A stretch of DNA of 46,181 nt from a virus (lineage: Duplodnaviria; Caudoviricetes), in the IMG/VR virus record IMGVR_UViG_3300028906_000006, positions 1 through 46,181 of that record. One strand, 5' to 3'. Positions 25,808 through 33,759 of the stretch are shown piece by piece (position 1 is the first letter of the stretch; the number at the start of each line of letters is the position of its first letter). Both the position numbers and the translations under genes were made by a program. A model generated the notes under the pieces. The model saw only the letters and a program-made list of their open reading frames with translations. It was not told the origin of the DNA and made no database searches.

Positions 25808-26749
25808 TTAGTAGTTTACTCCAGCACTAATCGGCTTCCAGTTGCTCTTCATTTGCCTGTCAGGAATGAATTCTATATTTGCCATTGCCAGGTATTTCAA
25901 ACCGTCGGTTACGTGGTTGCGCTTCGACTGTGCTTTGCCAGTGGGATCCGAGCGCTCCGCCATGACCGGAGTTAGCTGCTGAAAGCGGCTGGTCTTTAGT
26001 TCGTGAATCAGTTCGGGGCATCTGTCCTGAAAGATGTGCAGCTTGGATTTCGGCTTGAACGTTCCGTCGGCCTGTTCCACGTCCCGCGGCTTAAGCCATT
26101 CGTTGACCTTCTCAGGGCCTGCCAGGTTGTCCTTGATGCAATCCTTGAAGTTCCAGCCACCCAACTCCTCAAATCTCTTCTGGAAGTTGTATTCCGGCCT
26201 TTCATCGAAGAATCCTTGGCCCATCGCTCGAGCAGCATAGTCGATTACCCGCGTGTAGATGTCTTCGTCGCGGCCTTCGTTCTCGGGGTTGTCGGCCGAT
26301 TCGAGCCATTGGACCGTTTCTACGTATTGCTTGATGCTGTAGCGGTTGTCGTCTTCGGGGACATTCCCTCTTTGACCGTAAATCTTACTTGGCCACAACT
26401 CCCGGTAGGCCCAGAAATCTCCCCACTTATCAGCGGCAATCCAAAGTGCAGCGTGCGGGACAACCGGATGGGGGTCGAGCGCAAAGTATCTCGTCCATTC
26501 CTTTGGAATTGTAAAGCTATTCTCAAGGGTGGCTTCTTCGTGCAGCTGGTAGATGAGCGTCCCGAGCTTGGCTGAGAAGTTGATTTCGTATTCTTGTTCG
26601 TAATCGGCTTCATTGGTCATTGCCGCCTTTTGCTTTGCAGCCCATTCCGGAGTCTTGTCCTCGTCGGCCGAGTAGTGCAACCGGAAGATACTGATTCCGT
26701 GAGGATTCTTCCAGGTTGAGATCCCCTTGTGAGGGAATGCTATGTCCAT
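25808..26749 (-). CDS. terL: Terminase large subunit, C-terminal (lid + RNase H-like nuclease) half
   Basis: RLHYSADEDK..EW, YEQEYEINF, YFALDPH, WAYREL, IDYAA, IFQDRCPELIHEL, NHVTDGLKY; no Walker motifs. Confidence 0.85.
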   Translation of the reverse strand: MDIAFPHKGISTWKNPHGISIFRLHYSADEDKTPEWAAKQKAAMTNEADYEQEYEINFSAKLGTLIYQLHEEATLENSFTIPKEWTRYFALDPHPVVPHAALWIAADKWGDFWAYRELWPSKIYGQRGNVPEDDNRYSIKQYVETVQWLESADNPENEGRDEDIYTRVIDYAARAMGQGFFDERPEYNFQKRFEELGGWNFKDCIKDNLAGPEKVNEWLKPRDVEQADGTFKPKSKLHIFQDRCPELIHELKTSRFQQLTPVMAERSDPTGKAQSKRNHVTDGLKYLAMANIEFIPDRQMKSNWKPISAGVNY

Positions 26750-26967
26750 CAGGTGTAAATCGTCTGCGTGCCGCTGGGATCTGCCTGCACGTTGTCGATT
26801 ACCAGCGTGCCGCTTCCCAGCAGCAGGCCATTGTTGCTCAGCACCGTGCGGATGCTGTTGTAATCGTTAGCCGCTGCGCTGACGCTGGCCTGATAGTTTG
26901 GCCCGGCAATCTTTCCGCCAAGTTCAAAATGGTAATCCACCTGATAGACGTTTGTCGTTCCGGCCAT
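26749..26967 (-). CDS. Small hypothetical protein
   Basis: 72 aa; GGGAG SD; TGATG coupling to TerL-C. Confidence 0.65.
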   Translation of the reverse strand: MAGTTNVYQVDYHFELGGKIAGPNYQASVSAAANDYNSIRTVLSNNGLLLGSGTLVIDNVQADPSGTQTIYT

Positions 26968-26970
26968 GAT

Positions 26971-27144
26971 TCAGCTCCCTGCTACGATATTGTGCATAAC
27001 AACCGTTGCGGTGATTTGCTGCTTGTGCCCTTTGTCGTTGCTCTTGGCGCCAGCAACAGCATTCTGCTCCGAAGTGGCACTGACATAGACAGCTTGTGAC
27101 TGCCCGCCATTGTCCACGTAGATAACTCGATAGATGTCCGCCAT
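26971..27144 (-). CDS. Small hypothetical protein, 57 aa (not in the ORF track)
   Basis: GGAG SD; MADIYRVIYVDNGGQSQAVYVSATSEQNAVAGAKSNDKGHKQQITATVVMHNIVAGS. Confidence 0.7.
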   Translation of the reverse strand: MADIYRVIYVDNGGQSQAVYVSATSEQNAVAGAKSNDKGHKQQITATVVMHNIVAGS

Positions 27145-27159
27145 TATGTCTCCGTTTTA

Positions 27160-27168
27160 TGGTAAAAT
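27160..27168 (+). promoter_or_regulatory. Extended -10 promoter, probably leaderless
   Basis: TG-g-TAAAAT, then 7 nt, then ATG 27176; no SD. Confidence 0.55.
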
Positions 27169-27175
27169 TTTCAGC

Positions 27176-27508
27176 ATGGAAAACTGCTCAAAGTGCAAAA
27201 TTAACCCACGCCGAGCACTTGGACAATCCTATTGCGCTAACTGCCACGCGACTTACCATCGCACCTACAGGAAACTCCATCCAGAATATGATCACATCTC
27301 GCACATGACTCCTGAGCGTTGCGAGAAAGCCCGCATACGCGCCAAGGCTCGCGCTGAAGTTAGATACTGCCGCTTGATAAAACTTAACTGCCAACGATGT
27401 GGAGCTGAGAAAACAGAAGCGCATCATCCTGACTATTTGAAACCGTTGGATGTAGTGTGGCTTTGTGCCCCTTGCCATAGATTCATTCACCGTCAGGCAT
27501 CACCGTAG
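27176..27508 (+). CDS. Small HNH-like endonuclease, inverted
   Basis: CSKC...YCANC; CQRCG...EAHHPDYLKPLDVVWLCAPCH..IH. Confidence 0.8.
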   Translation: MENCSKCKINPRRALGQSYCANCHATYHRTYRKLHPEYDHISHMTPERCEKARIRAKARAEVRYCRLIKLNCQRCGAEKTEAHHPDYLKPLDVVWLCAPCHRFIHRQASP

Positions 27509-27942
27509 AACGCACTGCCCAGCCCCTTGCGCCGAGGCTTCCCCGTCGCTACTGGATTGTTCCTTACAGGCATCTGCGACTTTGCCGCGATGTTTGCCGA
27601 GGCGCCTCGAGGAAGGACTTCTGCTTGTCCTGTAGACTGACCAAGCAGATTCGCTTGGGCATTGTTCTGGACAGGAGTAAAGCTGCCAGCGGCTGGCGCT
27701 CCTCCAACTTGCTTGACGCGGGCAAGACCTGCCTGAACAGGATGGCTTGGGCGATCGTTGCCCGGAAGAGCTGCTCCTCCTGAAGGCTTGGGGGCCATGC
27801 CTCCGGCACCGCGGCGGGACTCGTTTGTGGTCGCGTTTCTGCCGCCCTTGGTGGGCATTTGCATCAATGGGCGGTTGCCGACGCCATCGCCTGCCACTTT
27901 GCCGTGCTCTGCCGCTGGTACGCCCTGCTGTGTGCGTTTCAT
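27493..27942 (-). CDS. Basic disordered protein (putative internal head / DNA-condensing protein)
   Basis: 149 aa, G/A/P/R/K-rich, ends GSAFYGDA. Confidence 0.6.
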   Translation of the reverse strand: MKRTQQGVPAAEHGKVAGDGVGNRPLMQMPTKGGRNATTNESRRGAGGMAPKPSGGAALPGNDRPSHPVQAGLARVKQVGGAPAAGSFTPVQNNAQANLLGQSTGQAEVLPRGASANIAAKSQMPVRNNPVATGKPRRKGLGSAFYGDA

Positions 27943-28415
27943 CGTTTGTCCCCAAAGAAATGCGACCCGCCCTTTACACTGCTGAGATTCTGTGCTCCAG
28001 CCTTGCGCGCGGGAGGAGGGAAACCCATTCTGCCGCCAATCTGCCCGCTCTGGTTGGGCAGCTTCGAATAGCCTACCGCTTGGCCTGCTGGGTTCTTTGG
28101 AGCGGAGTTGCCTGACTTCCCGGCATAGATGTTTTTGGGCTCTTGGCCTGGGACAGCCCCTTTTGGTGCGCTTGGCGATGGGCTCATGCCTGTAGAGTTC
28201 TTGTCCTTGAACGGCATAGGAGCTTGTTTGATGAAGTTCATCTCATCTTGAGACGTTTCCTTGGAGTCTGGGACAAAGGGCTTCTTGCTGCTGGTCCTTG
28301 GGCTTGAAGCTGTCACCACTTTGTTGCTGGCAGGTTCCGACTGGCCTCCTTTGATCTTGCCAGGGTTGGCTGTCCGGCCTCCTGTGTTGTGGCGCCCCTT
28401 CATGATGTCCCTCAT
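27939..28415 (-). CDS. Basic disordered protein (putative internal head protein)
   Basis: 158 aa, K/G/P/S-rich, AGGAG SD, ends GSHFFGDKR. Confidence 0.6.
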   Translation of the reverse strand: MRDIMKGRHNTGGRTANPGKIKGGQSEPASNKVVTASSPRTSSKKPFVPDSKETSQDEMNFIKQAPMPFKDKNSTGMSPSPSAPKGAVPGQEPKNIYAGKSGNSAPKNPAGQAVGYSKLPNQSGQIGGRMGFPPPARKAGAQNLSSVKGGSHFFGDKR

Positions 28416-28936
28416 AGCGCTATCTCCTTGACTTCGCCTGCGTGCCCCTCGACCATTGGCACTCTAGCCGCATCTCCGCCCTTCTTGATGTAATCGTGCG
28501 CCAAACTGTGCTGGGAATGGCCAACGATGGCCTCTCCTGGCTTGACTTGCTTCATAAACTTGGCGTAACGCTTGAGGACGTCGTTCTTGGCCTCGCCACC
28601 CGGTACTACCCTGTCAGGCCTCGAACTGAAGAAATCCAGCAAGGGCTTGATGCTTGCGGTCTTTGCGCCGCTCATGCTTCCCAACTTCCACGGCTCGAGG
28701 TCGGCGTGGACTTCTACCGGGGCCCCTGTGGCTTTGCTGATGTGCTGCGCTGTCTCAAAGGCTCGCTTCCGCGGTGAACTGTGAATCTTGGTGATGCCCT
28801 TCCCTTTGAGGCCTTTGGCGATCTGGCGGGCTTTGATCTGCCCGGAGTACGATAGCGGCGGGTCAAGATGGCCGTGGATGCGGCCTTCATGATCGAGCTT
28901 TGTCTCCGGGTGGGTCACTAGCCATGCTTTCTTCAT
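28412..28936 (-). CDS. Histidine phosphatase superfamily protein, degenerate motif (start uncertain, 28936 or 29026)
   Basis: LVTHPET in place of RHGET; DPPLS..G, SSP.KRA.ETA, PGGE, IVGHS. Confidence 0.8.
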   Translation of the reverse strand: MKKAWLVTHPETKLDHEGRIHGHLDPPLSYSGQIKARQIAKGLKGKGITKIHSSPRKRAFETAQHISKATGAPVEVHADLEPWKLGSMSGAKTASIKPLLDFFSSRPDRVVPGGEAKNDVLKRYAKFMKQVKPGEAIVGHSQHSLAHDYIKKGGDAARVPMVEGHAGEVKEIAL

Positions 28937-29000
28937 AGGGCTTGCCAGCCAGATGCCATCTTTACGTGAAAACAGGAGTCCACTGCGGCCAATGCCCGGC

Positions 29001-29528
29001 TCAACCGCCCCTCTCTTGACTGGCAAAAGGTTGATATTTAGGCGGGCGTGGGCTTGGGCGTTCTTTCATCATGCTGAAGCGTGTGTACGCCGCTACCCTG
29101 ACAGGAACCAACTCCGTGCCTTCCTTGCGGAACATGGTCAGCTTCTGGCTTGACGAGTCGCCAATAGGGGCTACAAGGCGCCCACGAGGCCCAAGCTGGT
29201 CGATCCATGCCTTTTCAATCTGTTCTACCCCGCAAGTCACTACGATGGCTGTAAAGGGAGCGATGTGCGGTAAACCATTCTTGCCGTCTCCTGTGTGCAG
29301 AAACACGTAGTCGCCGGTAATCTTGGTCGAGTCAACCCAGGGCTCGAGCTCGATCGAATGAACTTCTGCCCCCGTTGCCCCAAACTCGCTGGTCATCGTT
29401 CCTGAGCCTGTGCCGATTTCAAGCACTTTGTCTTTGGGGCCAAGGTTGAGCATCTGCCTGATCAGCGCTCTGCACTCTGGGCTAGGGATTGTCCGCTTGC
29501 CGTCGAAAACAGGGCTCAAATCTCGCAT
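29001..29528 (-). CDS. pcm: Protein-L-isoaspartate O-methyltransferase-like protein, N-terminally shortened
   Basis: KVLEIGTGSG, VHSIE, GDG..GLP..APF.AIVVT, QL...GRLVAPIG...QKL. Confidence 0.8.
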   Translation of the reverse strand: MRDLSPVFDGKRTIPSPECRALIRQMLNLGPKDKVLEIGTGSGTMTSEFGATGAEVHSIELEPWVDSTKITGDYVFLHTGDGKNGLPHIAPFTAIVVTCGVEQIEKAWIDQLGPRGRLVAPIGDSSSQKLTMFRKEGTELVPVRVAAYTRFSMMKERPSPRPPKYQPFASQERGG

Positions 29529-30121
29529 TGATCAGCAAACCAGCCAGGCCCGGCAGAGCTAACTGCAATCATTTGAACGTGTGGGCTTGACGCCTTGGCC
29601 GAGTTGTAGCATTGCTCGGCCTCCGGCAGAAAAGCGCATTCGTCGAGTATGAAGATAGTTGGATGGTACGTGCGAATCTGGTGCTCGCCACCTGGCACCG
29701 CCAAGACTCGGCCGCCATCCGCCCAGTTCATCTCTGTAGCGTTCGAACTCTTGAGCTGGTGCTTGGCTTTCAGCCAGTCCGGCTGGTTCCGGTAAAGGCA
29801 GTCTGCGTAGCCGATGAGCTCCATTGCCTTGTTCTCTTTCATGGTCTGCACCACTGCAAAGGCTTTGTTCCATTGTGCCTGATGCGTGGCCCAGATCAGG
29901 GCCGACCAGCTTGTCATCATGTCGCGCGATTTGGGGATGAACAGCTTCGCTTCGTGAGCCAGAGCATCAAACAGCAGGCGGAAATAGCTTTTCTTCGGGA
30001 ATGGCGCGCGAAACTCGAGCCCTTGCGCTTCGTAGTGGGGATTCTCCGTCGCTGTCCACGTTTGCGCCCAATACAGCGGATCGCGCCGGCAGGACTCATC
30101 CCACACGGCCTGCGCTATCAA
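29516..30121 (-). CDS. terL: Terminase large subunit, N-terminal ATPase half (start uncertain: TTG 30121 or ATG 30181)
   Basis: CRRDPLYW, Walker A-like PKSRDMMTS, Walker B IFILDECAF, coupling motif VSSAG; stops about 10 aa later. Confidence 0.85.
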   Translation of the reverse strand: MIAQAVWDESCRRDPLYWAQTWTATENPHYEAQGLEFRAPFPKKSYFRLLFDALAHEAKLFIPKSRDMMTSWSALIWATHQAQWNKAFAVVQTMKENKAMELIGYADCLYRNQPDWLKAKHQLKSSNATEMNWADGGRVLAVPGGEHQIRTYHPTIFILDECAFLPEAEQCYNSAKASSPHVQMIAVSSAGPGWFADQCEI

Positions 30122-30473
30122 TGATGCTGCGCACCTGCTGAAGTTCCGCGTCCGTGAGGTGGCTGACTTCTGGCGTTTCATCTCGTACCGTTGCCTTAAC
30201 TTCCGATTTGTCTGCAAACCCGAGCCATTGCTTGCTGAGCCAAATTTGATTTGTGACGTTGCCGGTCATGGCCGATTTGTAGAGTTTGGCCTGTAAGCAG
30301 CCATCCCTGAACACTCGGCCCTTTCGCAAAGCTTCGGAATAGTTTGCGTAGAGCGTATCGACATGCACGCCCATGAAGTCTGCAACCCATTCAACCGTAA
30401 AGCCTTTACCTATGAATTGACTGATCTTTTGCTCATCGAGGATTATCCTAGGACGTCCAAGCTTTCCGCTCAT
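30096..30473 (-). CDS. terS: Terminase small subunit
   Basis: GRPR N-terminus, HTH (VADFMGVHVDTL), GNVTNQIWLSKQWLG, C-terminal SHLTDAEL; directly upstream of TerL-N. Confidence 0.8.
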   Translation of the reverse strand: MSGKLGRPRIILDEQKISQFIGKGFTVEWVADFMGVHVDTLYANYSEALRKGRVFRDGCLQAKLYKSAMTGNVTNQIWLSKQWLGFADKSEVKATVRDETPEVSHLTDAELQQVRSIIDSAGRVG

Positions 30474-30676
30474 GTGAGTTGCATCACCGTCGGGCCTTCT
30501 GGTCCGCTTTCAATGGCTGCCCAGATGGACTTTTTGCTTTCGTCGGGGGCTCGCTTGACTTGCTGGCCGTTGATCCACTTGGCCTGATGGCTGGCAACCA
30601 AGGATTTAGCTTCATCAACGGATACGTGGTAAGAACTGCCGCTGTCTGGAAGGATGACTTCGATTTGTTTTGCGAT
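30470..30676 (-). CDS. First late gene, 68 aa, probable ATC start (not in the ORF track)
   Basis: (M)AKQIEVILPDSGSSYHVSVDEAKSLVASHQAKWING...GPTVMQLT; stop overlaps the TerS ATG (ATGA); no canonical start until the last codons. Confidence 0.55.
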   Translation of the reverse strand: MAKQIEVILPDSGSSYHVSVDEAKSLVASHQAKWINGQQVKRAPDESKKSIWAAIESGPEGPTVMQLT

Positions 30677-30733
30677 AGCTACGCCTTCGGTGGGAGTCGC
30701 CGCTGACTGACATACCCTCGGCGTGAGGGAACG

Positions 30734-30769
30734 ATTCTATTTCTAATGCGTTACGCGCGCCCGTGTCAA
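30734..30769 (-). promoter_or_regulatory. Putative late promoter
   Basis: TTGACA (30769-30764) with TAGAAA at 18 nt and TAGAAT at 24 nt spacing; in the gap between the early and late blocks. Confidence 0.5.
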
Positions 30770-30801
30770 GAAGATTCCGTTGTGCTGTTTCGCACAGCGC
30801 A

Positions 30802-31374
30802 TCATTCCGCCTTGCTCGTGCCCTTTTTGGTGCGACGCAATCTCGCCCTTATAAGTTGCGTTGCTAAACACTCGTCGCAAGCCGTATGGCCAGCACTAAC
30901 GAGTTTTGAGCAGTGAATGCAAAGTCTATGCACGCGGTTGTAGTCTCTCCTGTTTTTCTGTTTCCGCAGATCACAAGTACGGCAAGCCCGCCAGCCGTTG
31001 GGCCTGATAATTAGATTGTTTCCTGTAAATTCATGGCCCCGTATGCAGTGAGTCTTCCGCGCGTTAATGCCCACTACTCCGAATCCGCGATGCTGATTTT
31101 CTTGGTTGGTGACAGGTTCCAAGTGAGCGGGATTCACGCACGCTCTGACCCGGCAAAGGTGATCTAATCCAAGCCCGTCAGGCACGGGTCCATTGATGTG
31201 CTCGTAAAGCACCCTGTGCGCCCTTCGCCTGCCAGTTGAAACATTGAAAAGTCCGTATCCACGGAGTGTATGCCCAAGCCACAACCAGCACGGCCCCAAC
31301 TCTGGCCGATATTCGGGGATTGGGCCATTCTTGTTGACTTTCTTCCAGAAACGCACGATGTCCTGGTTGTTCAT
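30802..31374 (-). CDS. HNH endonuclease (His-Cys / HNH_3 type)
   Basis: RFWKKV...CWLW.G...GYG.F...AHRV.YE...G.VP.GL.LDHLCR.RACVNPAHLEPVT..EN; KTHC.RGH. Confidence 0.92.
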   Translation of the reverse strand: MNNQDIVRFWKKVNKNGPIPEYRPELGPCWLWLGHTLRGYGLFNVSTGRRRAHRVLYEHINGPVPDGLGLDHLCRVRACVNPAHLEPVTNQENQHRGFGVVGINARKTHCIRGHEFTGNNLIIRPNGWRACRTCDLRKQKNRRDYNRVHRLCIHCSKLVSAGHTACDECLATQLIRARLRRTKKGTSKAE

Positions 31375-32243
31375 GGCTTTTTATTGGCGCGGGTGAGGAT
31401 GGCGTCGAGTTTCCCCGCTACCTCATGCTTCGCCATATGCTCTGGACACATCTGCATGTTGGAGCGGTATCGGCAGAAGTAGCAGGACTTCCCGCCGCTG
31501 CCTAACAACTCATCCCGCAGCCCTTCCATTTCCTTCAGCAGATCAGTCGGCGGGCGAGAGGGCATAGCAGACATTCCCGGATTGCCTTCAAACAACGCCG
31601 CAATAACCTTGTCGGCGTACGGGTCGCATCCACAGCCCGGCCAGCCACAATCCTGCGGAGGGTCGGCGGTACGTTGCGCTTTGCACTTCCACGACGCGGC
31701 TTCCGGATCACTCGTTGCTGGCTTATCCAACACGGCTAGCTCCTCTTTCGGGTACTCCAGGGCGCGGATGTCCGCAGCAATGATTTCTCCCACCCTGGGC
31801 GCAACCAGTTTCGCTGCCCGCTCTAGCCCAAGGTTGAAGCCGTGCAGCTCGGCGCGCAGTTGTTCGAGCTTGCGGTCCTGCGCCCCCTCTGCCGGGACGG
31901 GCTGGGCGGCGAGTTCCTGCAATGCCAAACGCCTCACGATAAAATTAAGCGCATCAGCTATCAGGGCAAGACTTTGCGGACTAGCCACATGGTCCCTAAT
32001 CAGCGGAGCACCATCGGAGGTATGAACGATTGACTTTCCATCAACGCACCAGTTGTGCACCGGACTTTCGAGTATCTTGCGTAATTGTGCTCTCAACTCA
32101 TCCATGCTGGCCCCCTGTTTCTCACAACCACCGTCCGGCGTATCATTCATGGCATGCTTCGCGCCCATGTAGAAATAAAGCGCGTGCGTACATTCGGGAA
32201 ACTCGTCGCAGTCACATCCTACAAGATCATTCGGTTCGCTCAT
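31371..32243 (-). CDS. Hypothetical mosaic protein
   Basis: About 290 aa, coupled at both ends; Cys clusters (PQDCGWPGCGCDP). Confidence 0.6.
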   Translation of the reverse strand: MSEPNDLVGCDCDEFPECTHALYFYMGAKHAMNDTPDGGCEKQGASMDELRAQLRKILESPVHNWCVDGKSIVHTSDGAPLIRDHVASPQSLALIADALNFIVRRLALQELAAQPVPAEGAQDRKLEQLRAELHGFNLGLERAAKLVAPRVGEIIAADIRALEYPKEELAVLDKPATSDPEAASWKCKAQRTADPPQDCGWPGCGCDPYADKVIAALFEGNPGMSAMPSRPPTDLLKEMEGLRDELLGSGGKSCYFCRYRSNMQMCPEHMAKHEVAGKLDAILTRANKKP

Positions 32244-32491
32244 GCTAGTTTCCACCCATCTTTCTTGCGCTCGGCGGAGAGCTCCTTGCTAAACGCTGGA
32301 ATATTGTTTGGGCAGCCGTGATAGGCGCGATTCATGCAGCACGGTGAATCAGGACTGCCGGTGTTACGCGAGCCGCTTAGAGTAGCTCCGCGATGCTGGT
32401 ATAACCCCGGCCCCCAGCAAGTCAAACCAATACACTTTGCGTCACGAAAAGAATAGCGGTGCTTGTCACCTTTTCGCTTAAACTCGCTCAT
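32240..32491 (-). CDS. Hypothetical Cys-containing protein
   Basis: 83 aa, coupled at both ends. Confidence 0.6.
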   Translation of the reverse strand: MSEFKRKGDKHRYSFRDAKCIGLTCWGPGLYQHRGATLSGSRNTGSPDSPCCMNRAYHGCPNNIPAFSKELSAERKKDGWKLA

Positions 32492-33027
32492 TGGTTTAGC
32501 AGCGCCTCACTGACCACGCCCGTCCCACCAGTAAGCACGTTGCTCAGGTATGTGTGGCAGCCAAATCGCCCGCACGACCGCCGTGCCACCACCGTGTAGC
32601 TGGCCACCACACTGAACCCATCCAGCCGGTTGTTACTGTCTTCATAGGTGCCGTACTCTCCGGTGTAGTACGGGCACGTGGTAGCTCCCGCGACGGTGAA
32701 CGTATCTCCGTTGTGGGTGCCATCGCCCAGGGTGAATACTTTGGGCTGCCAGGTTAGCGGATCGCAGCCTGCCAGATACCCGTTGTTCAGGAAGCCAAGC
32801 TGCCAGGGCACATCCAGAAACGAGCCATAGCCGCCATTCTCATCCCCTTGAAATAGGCAGATCGCTCCCATGTCTTGCGGATAGGCACCAGAAACTCCAT
32901 TCCACGTCGTGATGCTGGAACACTGCGCTCCAGCGCCAAACGTGAATGTGTCGGACGATGGCACAGCTTGTCCCTGGGCCCCTACTGCGCACATCAGCAC
33001 TGCGAGTACTGCCAGACGGATCTTCAT
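32488..33027 (-). CDS. Secreted Cys-rich beta protein
   Basis: MKIRLAVLAVLMCAVGAQG signal peptide; six Cys in the mature part; AAGGAG SD. Confidence 0.7.
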   Translation of the reverse strand: MKIRLAVLAVLMCAVGAQGQAVPSSDTFTFGAGAQCSSITTWNGVSGAYPQDMGAICLFQGDENGGYGSFLDVPWQLGFLNNGYLAGCDPLTWQPKVFTLGDGTHNGDTFTVAGATTCPYYTGEYGTYEDSNNRLDGFSVVASYTVVARRSCGRFGCHTYLSNVLTGGTGVVSEALLNQ

Positions 33028-33281
33028 GGTTTCTCCTTTTGCTGCTGCTTCCTAACTGCTGCGTCAACTGCCATGGCTACCGCATCAAACCGTGGTGCTC
33101 GTTCACCATAAGCCCTTACTGCGCGAGATTCGTGCCTCCTGATTCCCTTCAATGCCCCTTCCACGGCCATGCGATACCCTGCAACTGTCCACCATTCAGG
33201 GACCTTCTGCTTCTCGCTGGTCGGGCAGTAACTTCGCTCAAGGGCTAACAAGTCGTCGTGCAACTTTTGCAGTGCATTCAT
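33024..33281 (-). CDS. Hypothetical protein
   Basis: AAGGAG SD before MNALQKLHDD; ATGA coupling downstream. Confidence 0.6.
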   Translation of the reverse strand: MNALQKLHDDLLALERSYCPTSEKQKVPEWWTVAGYRMAVEGALKGIRRHESRAVRAYGERAPRFDAVAMAVDAAVRKQQQKEKP

Positions 33282-33447
33282 CAGCTTGCTCCTTGTGGGC
33301 TTCTCGGCCCCGCACCGCATCCGCTTCGCTGGTGTAGCATCCAACCCAGCCACATTCGCACCGGCAGGTCCAGCGGCGAGCTGCAAAGTCCTCTTGGAAC
33401 CAGATCTCTATGCTGTGCTCAGACCGTTCTTGGGCATCTTGCTGCAC
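33238..33447 (-). CDS. Small zinc-finger-like protein
   Basis: GGGAG SD with GTG start; WTCRCECGW...AH. Confidence 0.45.
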   Translation of the reverse strand: MQQDAQERSEHSIEIWFQEDFAARRWTCRCECGWVGCYTSEADAVRGREAHKEQADECTAKVARRLVSP

Positions 33448-33757
33448 CGATAATCTCCCTGATCTTTGCTTGCCGTCGTGCGCCCATGAGCGGGTAAAGC
33501 GTCATCATCCAGCCCAGAGCTTTTATGCCACAGACGCCGACAGAGTAAACCGTTTTGTGTTGATGCGCTCTTGGCTTGCAAGGTGTTCTGAGATTGCATC
33601 CAAATAATTTCGCAACGTGCTCGACAACATCCCTGTCCGTCATAGCCACCTGAATGAGCAGATTCGGAGTTCTCTTTCTGCCCTGCGGCTGGGCGTGAAA
33701 GCATCCCTCACCTTCAAGAAGTCCAGCCAACCAGCAAAGCTCATTCATCTCAAGCAT
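33419..33757 (-). CDS. Single-motif LAGLIDADG endonuclease
   Basis: WLAGLLEGEGCF, IQVAMTDRDVVE, LYPLMGARRQAKI; GGAGAGG SD. Confidence 0.88.
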   Translation of the reverse strand: MLEMNELCWLAGLLEGEGCFHAQPQGRKRTPNLLIQVAMTDRDVVEHVAKLFGCNLRTPCKPRAHQHKTVYSVGVCGIKALGWMMTLYPLMGARRQAKIREIIGAARCPRTV

Positions 33758-33759
33758 AA

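Noticed and set aside
26750-29515. Intein or intron explanation for the split terminase
   Set aside because: No intein-like C/S start or HN-C/S/T end on either half, no intron core, and the spacer consists of normal coupled genes.
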